Counted from the stretch's first letter, positions 1 through 11,543 are shown. The stretch: DNA of 33,463 bases from Octopus sinensis (GCF_006345805.1 NW_021832458.1:1-33463), one strand, 5' to 3'. Program-made: numbers and translations. Notes: generated by a model not told the origin, from the letters alone.

Positions 1-10
1 AATTATGAAG

Positions 11-135
11 GGGTTGACTTTGCTTTTCATCATTCTGGTGTCGATAAATTAAGTACCAGTTGCGTACTGGGGTCGATTTAATCGACTGGGCTCCTCCCCG
101 AAAATTTCGGGACTTGTGCCTATATTAGAAAAGAA
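11..135 (+). mobile_element. SINE family B, 3' part (tail type 1), at the window edge
   Basis: gactttgcttttcatcattctggtgtcgataaattaagtaccagttgcgtactggggtcgat core and cttgtgcctatattagaaaagaat tail, shared with the copies at 1522 and 29493. Confidence 0.85.
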
Positions 136-764
136 TATACAATTCCTATCTAGAAACACATTTTTTGCAATCATAATATCACAAGACGATACTAATAACA
201 TATTTTATTCCATGTTCGCGATATAGCAGTGTAGTCCCTTTGCCCGTTCTGTTATATAATCAAATCTTTCCTCGGAAATCATCTAGTTGTGAATACAGTC
301 TCCAGTCCAGAAATGAATTGAACATTGGTCACAGTAAACATATAATTTCCTTTCTGGGGAATATTTTTAATGAATATATTCTCACACGAAAACCATTATT
401 ATGCTAATATTTACTAAACAAAATAGAATATTTATCACGTTCATAGAAATATTTTCGTGTATGGTATTTATTCCTGAATGGTTTTTGTAAATATAATATT
501 ATCACTATGTAACATTCATTTTAGACATTTAAGAAAGCAACAGATGTTGCATTTGCTTTTTTAGATATTTATAATTGTACAGTTAATTATATAGTGTCCA
601 AATTCTCTAGCACTTCTTGTCGCTCCAGCTTCTTTCTTTCTTTCTTCTTTTGTTTGTTTACTATATTCCTTTCTGAAGCCATCTTTATGTCACTGTTTTA
701 TACATAAATATTATGTGTTTGTTAATTCATCTGTTAAACTTTGGATTCGATGTTCTACTGTATT

Positions 765-1147
765 TTTTTTTGTAACGGCACTCCGTCGGTTACGACGACG
801 AGGGTTCTAGTTGATCCAAATGAATGGAACAGCCTGCTTGTGAAATTAATGTGCAAGTGGCTGAACACTCCACAGACACGTGTACCCTTAACGTAGTTCT
901 CGGGGATATTCAGCGTGACACAGATTGTAACAAGGCTAGCTCTTTGAAGTACAGGTACAACAGAAACAGGAAGAAAGAGTGAGATAATGTTGTGTTGAAA
1001 GAGTACAGCAGGATTCGCCAGCACTCCCTGTCGGAGCTTCGTGGAGCTTTAGGTGTTTTCGCTCAATAAACATTCACGACGCCCGGTCTGGGAATCGAAA
1101 CCACGATGCTATGACCGCTACCCTAACCACTGGGCCATTGTGCCTCC
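765..1147 (-). mobile_element. tRNA-derived SINE family A, full length
   Basis: Reverse complement of the 8437 and 16335 copies; A/B-box head; A-rich tail; TSD tctactgtatt at 754-764 and 1148-1158. Confidence 0.92.
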
Positions 1148-1521
1148 TCTACTGTATTGATACTATTTGAACATAGATATGTGTGTTTTTAGTGACATTC
1201 AGATCCATTTTCAGTCTTCCCTTTCTCTATTTGTATTTGGGCCGATGAGTTAAAGAGATCGAAACGTGAAGCTCTAGATGATAAAACAAAATAGAGTAGA
1301 CTTAGCTTTACCAGAATTTGAACTATCATGGTATACATGAAATTAACAAATTTTAGAATATAAAATAAAAGTCATTTTATAAATCTATACCAAATACTAA
1401 ACTTAACTAAATTCGAAACCTTATTCCCTGCTTTCATATTGAACAATAATTTCATCTCTTTCAAAAGATGGGAGAAAGTAGAAAGCTCTTTTACCCGATG
1501 TAAACTTCTTCGTGACATTAT

Positions 1522-1733
1522 GAGCTGCCAGAAACGTTAGTACGCCGGGCGAAATGCTTAGCGCTATTTCGTCTGTCTTTACGTTCTGAGCTCAAATTCT
1601 ACCAAGGTTGACTTTGCCTTTCAGCCTTTCCAGGTCGATAAATTAAGTACCAGTTGCGTGCTGGGGGTCGATCTAATCGATTGGGCCTCCTCCCAAAAAA
1701 TTTCAGGCATTGTGCCTAGAGTAGAAAAGATTA
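1522..1733 (+). mobile_element. SINE family B (tail type 1)
   Basis: Head gagctgccagaaacgttagtacgccgggcgaaatgc, B-box-like gagctcaaattc, conserved core, tail gtgcctagagtagaaaagatta. Confidence 0.88.
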
Positions 1734-1997
1734 TAAATAGAAATAAAATAAATAGATAAAATAAAAAATTAAAATAAATGAAATAATATCTATGATAAGA
1801 AAAAAATAAAGAGCGGGAAGACTTTTCCTTTGCGTTTGTTTTTATTATTTTCAGAGAAATAGCAAATAAGCTGGTTGTCCTCTTTTAAATGCAGTTTTTA
1901 AAAACATCTAAAAAATAATTTGCTTATAAAGAAAAATTGAAGGTGTTTTGCTTTTTATTAACTGCTACTAGTTATTCTTATCGTATCGTATTGTATT

Positions 1998-2295
1998 TGG
2001 GGAGGCACATGGCCTAGTGGTTAGAGCAGCAGTCGAGGGATCGTGGGTTCGAATTTCAGACCAGGCGATGCGTGTGTTTATGAGCGAAAAACCTAAGCTC
2101 CACGCGGCTCCGGCAGAAGCTAATGGCAAACTTCTGCTGACTCTTTTTGCAACAGCTTTCTCTCACTCTTTCCTCCTGCATCTTGCAGCTCACCTGCGAC
2201 GGACCGGCGTCCCGTCCAAGTGGGGAACCTATACGCCAAGGAAGCCGGGAAACCGGCCCTATGAGCCAGGCGTGGCTCGAGAAGGAACAAACAAT
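1998..2295 (+). mobile_element. SINE with a family-A-like tRNA head and a different 3' module (family A2)
   Basis: Head ggaggcacatggcctagtggttagagcagc...gggttcgaatttc; 3' part cctgcgacggaccggcgtcccgtccaagtggg...ggctcgagaagg is absent from family A; TSD tattgtatt at 1989-1997 and 2296-2304. Confidence 0.82.
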
Positions 2296-2424
2296 TATTG
2301 TATTAACTGGTGGAGCTACTAACTTGAGCGGTTCATGCAATGAGGATATTTGGGTAATATTAACACAAATATTTAGCACTACTTTACAAAGTATAAATAA
2401 ATATCTACGAACAAGATTAATAAA

Positions 2425-2828
2425 TGAGTTGCAGAATCGTTAGCACGCTGGACGAAACAGCGTTATTTCGCCTGTCGCTACGTTCTGAGCTCAAATTCCG
2501 CCCACGTCGTCTTTGCCTTTCATCCTTTCGGTGTCGATAAATTAAGTACCAGTTGAACACTGGGGTTGATGTAATCGACTTAATCCGTTTGTCTGTCCTT
2601 GTTTGTCCTCTCTGTGTTTAGCCCCTTGTGGGTAGTAAAGAAATGGGTATTTCGCCTGTCGCTACGTTCTGAGTTCAAATTCCGCCGAGGTCGACTTTGA
2701 ATTTCATATTTTCGGGGTCGATTAACTAAGTACCAGTTACATCCTGGGGTCGATGTAATAGACTTAATCCCTTTGTCTGTCCTTGTTTCTTCCCTTTTTC
2801 TTTAGCCCACTGTGGGCAATAAGAAAAA
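2425..2828 (+). mobile_element. SINE family B head-body-body tandem dimer (tail type 2)
   Basis: Two successive ~190-bp bodies joined at aaagaaatgggtatttcg. Confidence 0.88.
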
Positions 2829-2980
2829 AATCAATTATCTCAAAGTGCAAAATATATTTTTATTAAGCTATCTTGTAACAGTAACTTATAACAAAATTTT
2901 TAGTTTTAATAAAAGCTAGTATTTTCTAAATCTAAATATTTTATTTGAAATTTCATCCTTTGCTGCAATACTTCAAGTAA

Positions 2981-3100
2981 ACCTTTACCTTGGATCCTTT
3001 CGGGGTCGGTAAAATAAGTACCAGTGAAACACTGAGGGTCGGTATAATCGACTCGTCCTCTCATCCAAAATTTCAGGCCTTGTGCCTATAGTAGAAATGT
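2981..3100 (+). mobile_element. SINE family B 3' fragment (tail type 1)
   Basis: atcctttcggggtcggtaaaataagtaccagtgaaacactg...aatttcaggccttgtgcctatagtagaa. Confidence 0.8.
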
Positions 3101-4119
3101 TACACAGTTGTGCTATCTGCTAGAAATAGTAATCAAATTTTCGTTAACTTATTGCTTACTCTTTTAACATTGTCCTGTCCTTTGTATTATACGTGGTACA
3201 CTCGACATATTTCCACGGCACCAATGCACCATATATGATATAATTTCCCAGTTTATTTCCATCACCAGAGTGATTTGTGATTAGGAAAGAAAGTTTTATA
3301 TTATTCAAAACGTATCTAACAAGGGTTAACTAAAGGTTTGAAAAAAATGCACGGACCTTAAGGACAAATATTTGAAAATGTTCAGGGAAATGCAAAGGGT
3401 TAAATAGGATATGATGTTTTAATAACAAAGCATGCGATAAATGTACCACAATAAGGTTTTCGTTAATTAGCATAGAGAGGAATTTCCATAATTGTCATTT
3501 TGCTGGGTTTTCTACAACTAACTGAATTATGGACTGGTTTTATTACACTACTATTAGGCTTAAGTTAATTATATTATAGAAAAAAAGTAACATTTCTTAA
3601 ATCCATAATCTATCATGATGGTCCTCCATTTTGACTTAAATGGTCACAATATTCCAATAATACGTGGAATTTTTATCGAAGAGCCATACAAATTAGTTAA
3701 GACTACTTTAACGTTTAGCAAATTAAGGGCATAAAATGACATAGGATAACCATGACAGATAATTCAATTTATAATTTCTGTTTTCTTTTAATTTTTTTCC
3801 AGTCAATTGGACGCCAGCCATGCTAGAGCACGGCATTGAACGGCTAAATCGAACAAAATCTTGTATTTATTTCTTAAAACTGGTAATAATTCCATCGATA
3901 TATAAATGGTGGGTGGGGAAATACTCACGCAAACAGAAATATAAATACACACACACACACGCATACATATATATATATAGTTGAAAAAAAGATTAGAGAT
4001 TTATACAAACCAAATTTTTATATATAAATGATGTAGGTGGATGTAGCACAGAAGTTAATCTAAAACATTTTTAATTTAAGAAGGAATCTAATAAAATGAT
4101 TTGAAAATTATATAAAGAA

Positions 4120-4160
4120 ATATTACCAGTTTCGATGTTGTATCTCATCTCATCAAACAG
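4120..4160 (-). ncRNA. Degenerate minimal hammerhead ribozyme motif
   Basis: Minus strand: tgt TTGATGA gatg-agatacaa-catc GAAA ctgg TA ata; perfect 4-bp stem II, C3U core variant, weak stems I and III. Confidence 0.5.
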
Positions 4161-4595
4161 CAGTAAAAATTTATAAAAAATTGAAGTAAAAACAGTTTAT
4201 CTTCTGTCTGGAGGTCAAAAACACATCTGGAGATTTTTCGTTGAAGTCTTCTTTAAATATAGTTTAGTATAGAGTTCAAAGTGTTAGAGAGTAAATGAGG
4301 GGGTGTAGTTGTCTAGTGTCTAAAAGAAATCTTTGTGGGTTCCTGCCAAGGAAGTGACTTGAAAGCATTTATTGAATGGGTTTTACGTCTACCTGTGTAT
4401 GAGTGTGTGTGTGTGTGTGTGTGTTGGTGTATTGTATTGGATGTCCTTTCAATATTTTTGGAATGTGACCAGATGTCTGTTGATGGGTATGTTGTGATGA
4501 ATGTCTTGCTGAAGAAAGAATTCGGATTTTCCTTTGGGTTAGATGTATTCTTTTGAGCGTCTTCAACAAACCTTCGCAAAATCAAACATGCATTT

Positions 4596-4629
<34 letters not shown>

Positions 4630-4753
4630 GAACACCCATACACACACAAAAGAAAACATCACAAAAAGCTACACACAAACACACACATAGTTACACACGC
4701 ATACATACAAAGGAAAACATCGCAAAACACACATACACACTCATCTGCATACA

Positions 4754-4786
<33 letters not shown>

Positions 4787-4936
4787 GCACATATACAGAC
4801 AAAAGAAAGCATCTCAAAAAGCATACACACCCATCAACACACAGCTGGTCATATTCCAAACATATTGAAAGGACATTCAACACAATACACACACACACAT
4901 ACACATATTCATACACAGGTGGACGTAAAACCCATT

Positions 4937-4988
4937 CAGTAAATTCTTCCAAACATTTCAGTAAATTCTTCCAAACATTTCAGTAAAT
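4937..4988 (+). repeat. 22-bp tandem duplication
   Basis: cagtaaattcttccaaacattt twice plus a partial third copy; not present in the opposite arm. Confidence 0.9.
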
Positions 4989-5320
4989 GCTTTCCTTTGC
5001 AGGAACCCACAACGATTTCTTTTAGACAATAGAAAACTACACCCACTCTCTGACTCTCTAACACCTTGAACACTATACCAAACTATATTAAATATTAAAG
5101 AAGATATCAACGAAAAATCTCCAGACATGTTTTTGATTGGAGACAGTAGATAAACTCGTTTTACTTCAAATTTTTATATATTCTTACTGATATTTGATAA
5201 GATGAAATTCGTCATTGAAAATTATATTATTTTCTTTATATAATTTAAAAAATCATTTTATTAAGTTCGTTCTAATTTTAAAATGTCCTAGATTTACTTC
5301 TGTGTTATTTCCATCTCCGT

Positions 5321-5386
<66 letters not shown>

Positions 5387-5391
5387 ATATA

Positions 5392-5675
5392 CGTGGGGTT
5401 GCTGAAAAGTTGGTGACTTGGGTATAATAAGTTAGTTAGTTAGTTAATTAATTTTTGGGCTCAAAAAGCAAAAAGCAAGGCCATGTAGGGAGAAGCAAAA
5501 AGCAAAGCCATGAATGCAGAAGGATCAAGTAATTATGATTTTATTCAACTTATTCCCATTTCAGATCCACACACTTATTGCAGCGGTCCTTAGGTTTTAC
5601 TAAACGCTGTAAAAGAACTCGGAAGGTCGAGTCTTTCGCGATACCCTTAAAGCCAGCAACTTTTCAGCACCAGTT
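5392..5675. mobile_element. mariner-derived MITE / deleted non-autonomous element
   Basis: Preceded by TA; TIR cores tgctgaaaagtt and aacttttcagca; minus strand ~5545-5586 reads RCNKCVDLKWE*VE*, like the mariner C-terminal RWxKCVxxxGxYVE. Confidence 0.7.
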
Positions 5676-5686
5676 GCATGACAATA

Positions 5687-5731
5687 GTCGTGCTGATAAG
5701 GGCTACTTAGCCAGAAGCAAGCGTCCATAAC
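5687..5731 (+). ncRNA. Highly degenerate hammerhead-like motif (probably inactive)
   Basis: gtcgtg CTGATAA g-ggc-tactta-gcc-a GAAG caagcg TC cataac; correct order of elements but two core substitutions. Confidence 0.35.
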
Positions 5732-6159
5732 TGTCGTCTTGCCTCAATGCAAATATCTTTGGGGAAATCTTAAAATCTTGAACTTACTTCTCCAATTCAA
5801 GTGTACCTGATCATAATTATTATTTGTTAATAACGGTACACGGTCAAGAGGCGCAGATAATTTTAATAAATAAAGAACTTTTGTTGTAAGGTATTTAGCA
5901 TACCAGTATTTGTCTATTTTATTCATATTCATGCCGTGGCCAGTTCCGATCAGGGAAAATGCTCAGGTAAATATCTCAATAAGGGACCTTTGTAATAAAC
6001 CTGGTTAATAACCTAATAAAAGCAATAGCAGTCTGTATAGGTTATTTGCGTCTGTCAGGTAGAAAATGAAAATTCGAAGTTCATCAGCAATTAGTAATTT
6101 GGTATGGTAATTACAGAGTATATCAGTGATGAAATACAGAATGAAGCTATTATATTATA

Positions 6160-6570
6160 GGCGCAGGAGTGGCTGAGTGGTGAAGTAGCTAGCTTACCAA
6201 CTACATGGTTTTAGGTCCAGTCCCACTGCATAGCACCTTGGGCAAGTGTCTTCTACTATAGCGTCGGGCCAACCAACGCCTTGTGAGTGGATTTGGTAGA
6301 CGGAAACTGAAAGAAGCCTGTCGTATATATGTATATATATATATATATGTGTGTGTATGTTTCTGTGTCTGTGTTTGTCCTCCTAGCATTGCTTGACAAC
6401 TGATGCTGGTGTGTTTATGTCCCCGTCACTTAGCGGTTCGGCAAAGAGAGACCGATAGAATAAGTACTGGGCTTACAAAGAATAAGTCCTGGGTTCGATT
6501 TGCTCGACTAAAGGCGGTGCCCCAGCATGGCCGCAGTCAAATGACTGATGCAAATAGATGAGTAAAAGAG
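6160..6570 (+). mobile_element. tRNA-derived CORE-type SINE family C, full length
   Basis: Head ggcgcaggagtggctgagtggtgaagtagc; CORE-like gcaccttgggcaagtgtcttct; internal TA/TG tract; matches 32975-33375 in reverse. Confidence 0.9.
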
Positions 6571-6581
6571 ATATTTTATTC

Positions 6582-6621
<40 letters not shown>

Positions 6622-6647
6622 GTGAATATGCATGTCTGTATGTATGT

Positions 6648-6810
6648 ATACGACAAGTCTCCACACAGTTTCCGTCAACCAAATTCTCTCACACAACACT
6701 GGTCGACCCTAGGCTTTAGCAGAAGACATTTGCCCGAGCTATCACGCAGTGGGAGTGAATGCATATGGTTTTCAAATCGTGGTTCTTAACCGCACAGCCA
6801 TGCCTGCGCG
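6648..6810 (-). mobile_element. SINE family C, diverged 5' half
   Basis: cagtttccgtcaaccaaattc...agaagacatttgcccgag...cttaaccgcacagccatgcctgcg. Confidence 0.78.
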
Positions 6811-7488
6811 TATAATCTATACATATTCATTTAAATAATATTGTAATGATTAATAATATGAGAGAAAAGTGCTGCAAGTGAGGCTGAAAACCATGTTTAT
6901 TTAATAACCTAATACCACACTAGTTTTGATTATCGGATGCGGAGGTCAGTAAAGTCACATTAACCATAAAAATTGCTCCGTTTTTATATTTGGATCGCAA
7001 GCTTCTTAATATTAATTCGTGAGATGGAACTTATTTTGTAGTATCTCAAGAGGTTTCTTACGCCAATAATTAACGCACGAACTGAATCTACAACTTCGCT
7101 TCTTTATCATACATTTGTTAATTGGTTAACCATTTAGCCGATTAACTAAAACATACCTGAAGCAGATCTGACATAGAGAAAGCATATCATTGATGAGATC
7201 ACGAATGGTGACTAAAGAGCTTTGGCAAGCATTATTGATGGTTTGATTAATCAAACAATTAATCTAGCAATCGATTACTCCATCGATTATATAATAAAAT
7301 AAATAATAAACCAGTGAAACCGAGCCACTGTTTGTGCTTATTATTGATTTTATAGCCATCCTGAAATACAATGAAATATGCTAATTGCGAAACAGAGAAA
7401 TGTTAGCATTACAAAACAAGAATAAAGTAAAGCTCGAGAACCTGTGCTCCTTATAGTTATATGTAACTCGGTGGTACTTGGTTCACAA

Positions 7489-7906
7489 AAAGGCGGCGAG
7501 CTGGCAGAAACTTTAGCACGCCGGGCGAAATGCGTAGCCGTATTTCGTCTGCCGTTACTTTCTGAGTTCAAATTCCTCTGAGGTCGACTTTGCCTTTTAT
7601 CCGCTCGGGGTCGATTAAATAAGTACCAGTTACGCATTGTGGTCGATATAATCGACTCAATCCGTCTGTCTGTCCTTGTTTGTCCTCTCTGTGTTTAGCC
7701 CCTTGTGGGTAGTAAAGAAATAGGTATTTCGTCTGCCGTTACTTTCTGAGTTCAAATTCGATCGAGGTCGACTTTGCCTTTCATCCTTTCGGGGTCGATA
7801 ACTTAAGTACCAGTTACGCACTGGGGTCGATATAATCGACTTAATCCGTTTGTCTGTCCTTGTTCGTCCTTTCTGTGTTTAGCCCCTTGTGAGTAATAAA
7901 GAAATA
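7489..7906 (+). mobile_element. SINE family B head-body-body tandem dimer with TSD
   Basis: Two bodies in tandem; TSD ggtacttggttc(a/g)caa at 7473-7488 and 7907-7922 brackets the whole dimer. Confidence 0.92.
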
Positions 7907-8436
7907 GGTACTTGGTTCGCAATAATGTTGTCTTCATCAATATTATCTCTGGTCTCGCCTTGGTGAATGTTTTTACGTTCCATTTGAAAAGGAAGGTGGG
8001 GCCAGAGGGGTGTCTGTCAGAGTCTGCGTACAACAAAAAGATAGATGCGTGTTGCACGGATGCTGGGAATGAAAGGCCTTGCGTGAACACGCTGTAAGGA
8101 CTTCCAAAAGGTGTCGGTTTAAAAGACAAGTTTGTGGGGTCGGAGCACATTTGTTTTTTTTGACCTCATATTGTCCTTCTATTGTTTGTTTTGTAATTTG
8201 TGTTTCATCCGTAATCATTTTTATACAAAATTTTATAATCCCATTCGATGTACATGACCCCCATATCATGTTGTATTGTCCCCATCTATGTTGGCCCTTT
8301 ATGGGCAATAAAGAAAAGAATAACGTTGTCTTCGTGTATTTTAATAAAATTAACCATTCGAAAAAATAACACGTGTGGGTTGCTTAGTACAGACAATACT
8401 GTATCTGTTATTTGACCAGACATTATTGTACTTTCA

Positions 8437-8823
8437 AGTGGAGGCGCAATGGCCCAGTGGTTAGGGCAGTGGACTCGCGGTCATAGGATCGCGGTTTCGA
8501 TTCCCAGACCGGGCGTTGTGAGTGTTTATTGAGCGAAAACACCTAAAAGCTCCACGAGGCTCCGGCAGGGATGGTGGTGATCCCTGCTGTACTCTTTCAC
8601 CACAACTTTCTCTCACTCTTACTTCCTGTTTCTGTTGTACCTGTACTTCAAGGGGCCGGCCTTGTCACTCTCTGTGTCACGCTGAATATCTCCGAGAACT
8701 ACGTTAAGGGTGCACGTGTCTGTGGAGTGCTCAGCCACTTACACGTTAATTTCACGAGCAAGCTGTTCCGTTGATTCGGATCAACCGGAACCCTCATCGT
8801 CGTAACCGACGGAGTGCTTCCAG
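8437..8823 (+). mobile_element. tRNA-derived SINE family A, full length
   Basis: A box tggcccagtgg, B box ggtttcgattccc; TSD attgtactttca at 8425-8436 and 8824-8835; nearly identical to the 16335 copy. Confidence 0.94.
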
Positions 8824-9044
8824 ATTGTACTTTCATGCATTAAAAACGATTTATTTTGGCTTCGAACGGAATGCTTTGACAACTTAATCGATTTTAATGC
8901 GACTGGAGGTAACGCTACTATATAGAGAGCTTTTACACACTGAGCATTCTTATTCAATATATGTATTCATGTATGTATATAAGCTTGTATACGTCTATAC
9001 ATGTATCTATGTGTTTATTTTATAAAACATGCATAGGGTTGTTA

Positions 9045-9545
9045 TAAAAGGTTAATGAAAGCTTTAGGGAATTATGTGGTTAACTGGGAGACGTTACTTG
9101 AAAACCGTACATCATGGAGACAATTTGTCAGGAAGAGATGTGATGCCTATCAGCAAAAAGAAAAGGAGAACGTTATTTTGAAGTGTTTATTCAGCAACTA
9201 CGACTCAAGTGCAGTGCTTCATATAGAAAAAAAAAAATCAACTAAAATTGAAGTGCAAATTGTGTAGACAATTTCTTCTCTCAAAAGCTGGAATAGTCAA
9301 CCATCAAATCTCAAATAAACCAAAGTGAAATTAAACAATTTGAGGAATGTTTCTGCCGTAGCACGATTGTGGTGAGCGTCGATTGATTTGCAAATCAGCT
9401 GGTCGCCTGACCGGCATGTAAACTAATACACGAGGTCATAACTCAGTCGGTAATGTCAGAAGACAGTCGGTTCAAGTGTTACATCTATGAATTGACTTTC
9501 ATGGCAAAGGTTGAGATGGAGAGCCACATGAGCGAACATGGACTT
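9045..9545 (+). pseudogene. Decayed 3' end of an RTE-type LINE ORF
   Basis: MKALGNYVVNWETLLENRTSWRQFVRK matches the RTE C-terminal WExxAxDRxxWR motif; downstream broken C2H2-like fingers (FKCYIYELTFMAKVEMESHMSEH). Confidence 0.6.
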
Positions 9546-9573
9546 GCAAGGTTCAATCAAGAGATAACACTCT

Positions 9574-9808
9574 CCTATTTCTTTATTACCCACAAGGGGC
9601 TAAACACAGAGAGGACAAACAAGGACAGACAAACGGATTGAGTCGATTACATCGACCCCAGTGCGTAACTGGTACTTATTTAATTGACCCCGAAAGGATG
9701 AAAGGCAAAGTCGACCACGTCGGAATTTGAACTCAGAACGTAACGGCAGACGAAATACTGTTGAGCATTTCGCCCGGCGTGCTAACGTTTCTGCCAGCTC
9801 GCCGCCTG
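9574..9808 (-). mobile_element. SINE family B monomer (tail type 2)
   Basis: Reverse complement of the first unit at 7489. Confidence 0.9.
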
Positions 9809-9827
9809 ACAAGAAGATGCACTCGGC

Positions 9828-10318
9828 ATGTATGTATGTATGTATGTATGTATGTATGTATGTATGTATGTATGTATGTATGTATGTATGTATGTATGTA
9901 TGCATGTATGTATGTATGTATGTATGTATGTATGTATGTATGTATGTATGTTTGTAGGTATGTATATATGCATGTATGTATGTATACATGTATGTATGTA
10001 TGTATGTATGTATGTATGTATGTATGTATTATGTATGTATGCATGTATGTATGTATGTATGTATGTATGTATGTATGTATGTATGTATGTATATATGCAT
10101 GTATGTATGTATGCATGTATGTATGTATGTATGCATGTATGTATGTATGTATGTATGTATGTATGTATGTATGTATGCATGTATGTATGTATGTATGTAT
10201 GCATGCATGTATGTATGTATGTATGTATGTATGTATGTATGTATGTTTTGTATGTATGTATATATGCATGTATGTATGTATGCATGTATGTATGTATGCA
10301 TGTATGTATGTATGTATG

Positions 10319-10352
<34 letters not shown>

Positions 10353-11509
10353 GTTTGTATGTATGTATATATGCATGTATGTATGTATGCATGTATGTAT
10401 GTATGTATGTATGCATGTATGTATGTATGTATGTATGTATGTATGTATGTATGTATGTATGTATGTATGCATGTATGTATGTATGCATGTATGTATGTAT
10501 GTATGTATGTATGTATGCATGTATGTATGTATGCATGTATGTTTGTATGTATGTATGTATGTATGTATGTATGTATGTATGTATGTATGCATGTATGTAT
10601 GTATGCATGTATGTATGTATGTATGCATGTATGTATGTATGTATGTATGTATATATGCATGTATGTATGTATGCATGTATGTTTGTATGTATGTATGTAT
10701 GTATGTATGTATGTATGTATGTATGTATATATGCATGTATGTATGTATGCATGTATGTATGTATGTATGTATGCATGTTTGTATGTATGTTTGTATGTAT
10801 GCATGTATGTATGTATGTATGTATGCATGTATGTATGTATGTATGTATGCATGTATGTATGTATGTATGTATGCATGTATGTATGTATGTATGCATGTAT
10901 GTATGCATGTATGTATGCATGTATGTTTGTATGTATGCATGTATGTATGTATGTATGTATGCATCTATGTATGTATGTATGTATGCATGTATGTATGTAT
11001 GTATATATGCATGTATGTATGTATGCATGTATGTTTGTATGTATGTATGTATGTATGTATGTATGTATATATGCATGTATGTATGTATGCATGTATGTAT
11101 GTATGTATGTATGCATGTATGTATGCATGTATGTTTGTATGTATGCATGTATGTATGTATGTATGTATGCATGTATGTATGTATGTATGCATGTATGCAT
11201 GTATGTATGTATGCATGTATGTATGTATGTATGTATGTATGTTTGTATGCATGCATGTATGTATGTATGTATGTATGTATGTATGTATGTATGTATGCAT
11301 GTATGTATGTATGTATGTATGTATGTATGTATGCATGTATGTATGTATGTATGTATATATGCATGTATGTATGTATGCATGTATGTTTGTATGTATGTAT
11401 GTATGTATGTATGTATGTATGTATGTATATATGCATGTATGTATGTATGCATGTATGTATGTATGTATGCATGTATGTATGTATGTATATATGTATGTAT
11501 GTATGTATG

Positions 11510-11543
<34 letters not shown>

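Larger units (their letters stand above)
4020..5330. repeat. Large imperfect inverted repeat (arms ~4020-4495 and ~4822-5330), probably Penelope-like element termini
   Basis: For example tctaaaagaaatctttgtgggttcctgc versus gcaggaacccacaacgatttcttttaga, and ctggagatttttcgttga versus tcaacgaaaaatctccag; both outer ends run into TA-rich sequence; degenerate hammerhead in the left arm. Confidence 0.85.

Noticed and set aside
1236-1277. Hammerhead-like ccgatgag...cgaaacgtg
   Set aside because: Core mutated, no NUH triplet in register and stem II poorly paired
2425-2828. Tandem repeat units as a possible CRISPR-like array
   Set aside because: Units are ~190-bp SINE bodies with no unique spacers; eukaryotic context and no cas genes
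6060-6095. CTGATGA on the minus strand
   Set aside because: No downstream GAAA, stem III or stem I partner
8440-8515. tRNA-like sequence
   Set aside because: It is the SINE head: it continues into the SINE body and lacks a proper acceptor stem
8522-8774. Similar short ORFs recurring at 755, 8571, 16470 and 27655 that look like a gene family
   Set aside because: All lie inside family A SINE copies bounded by TSDs
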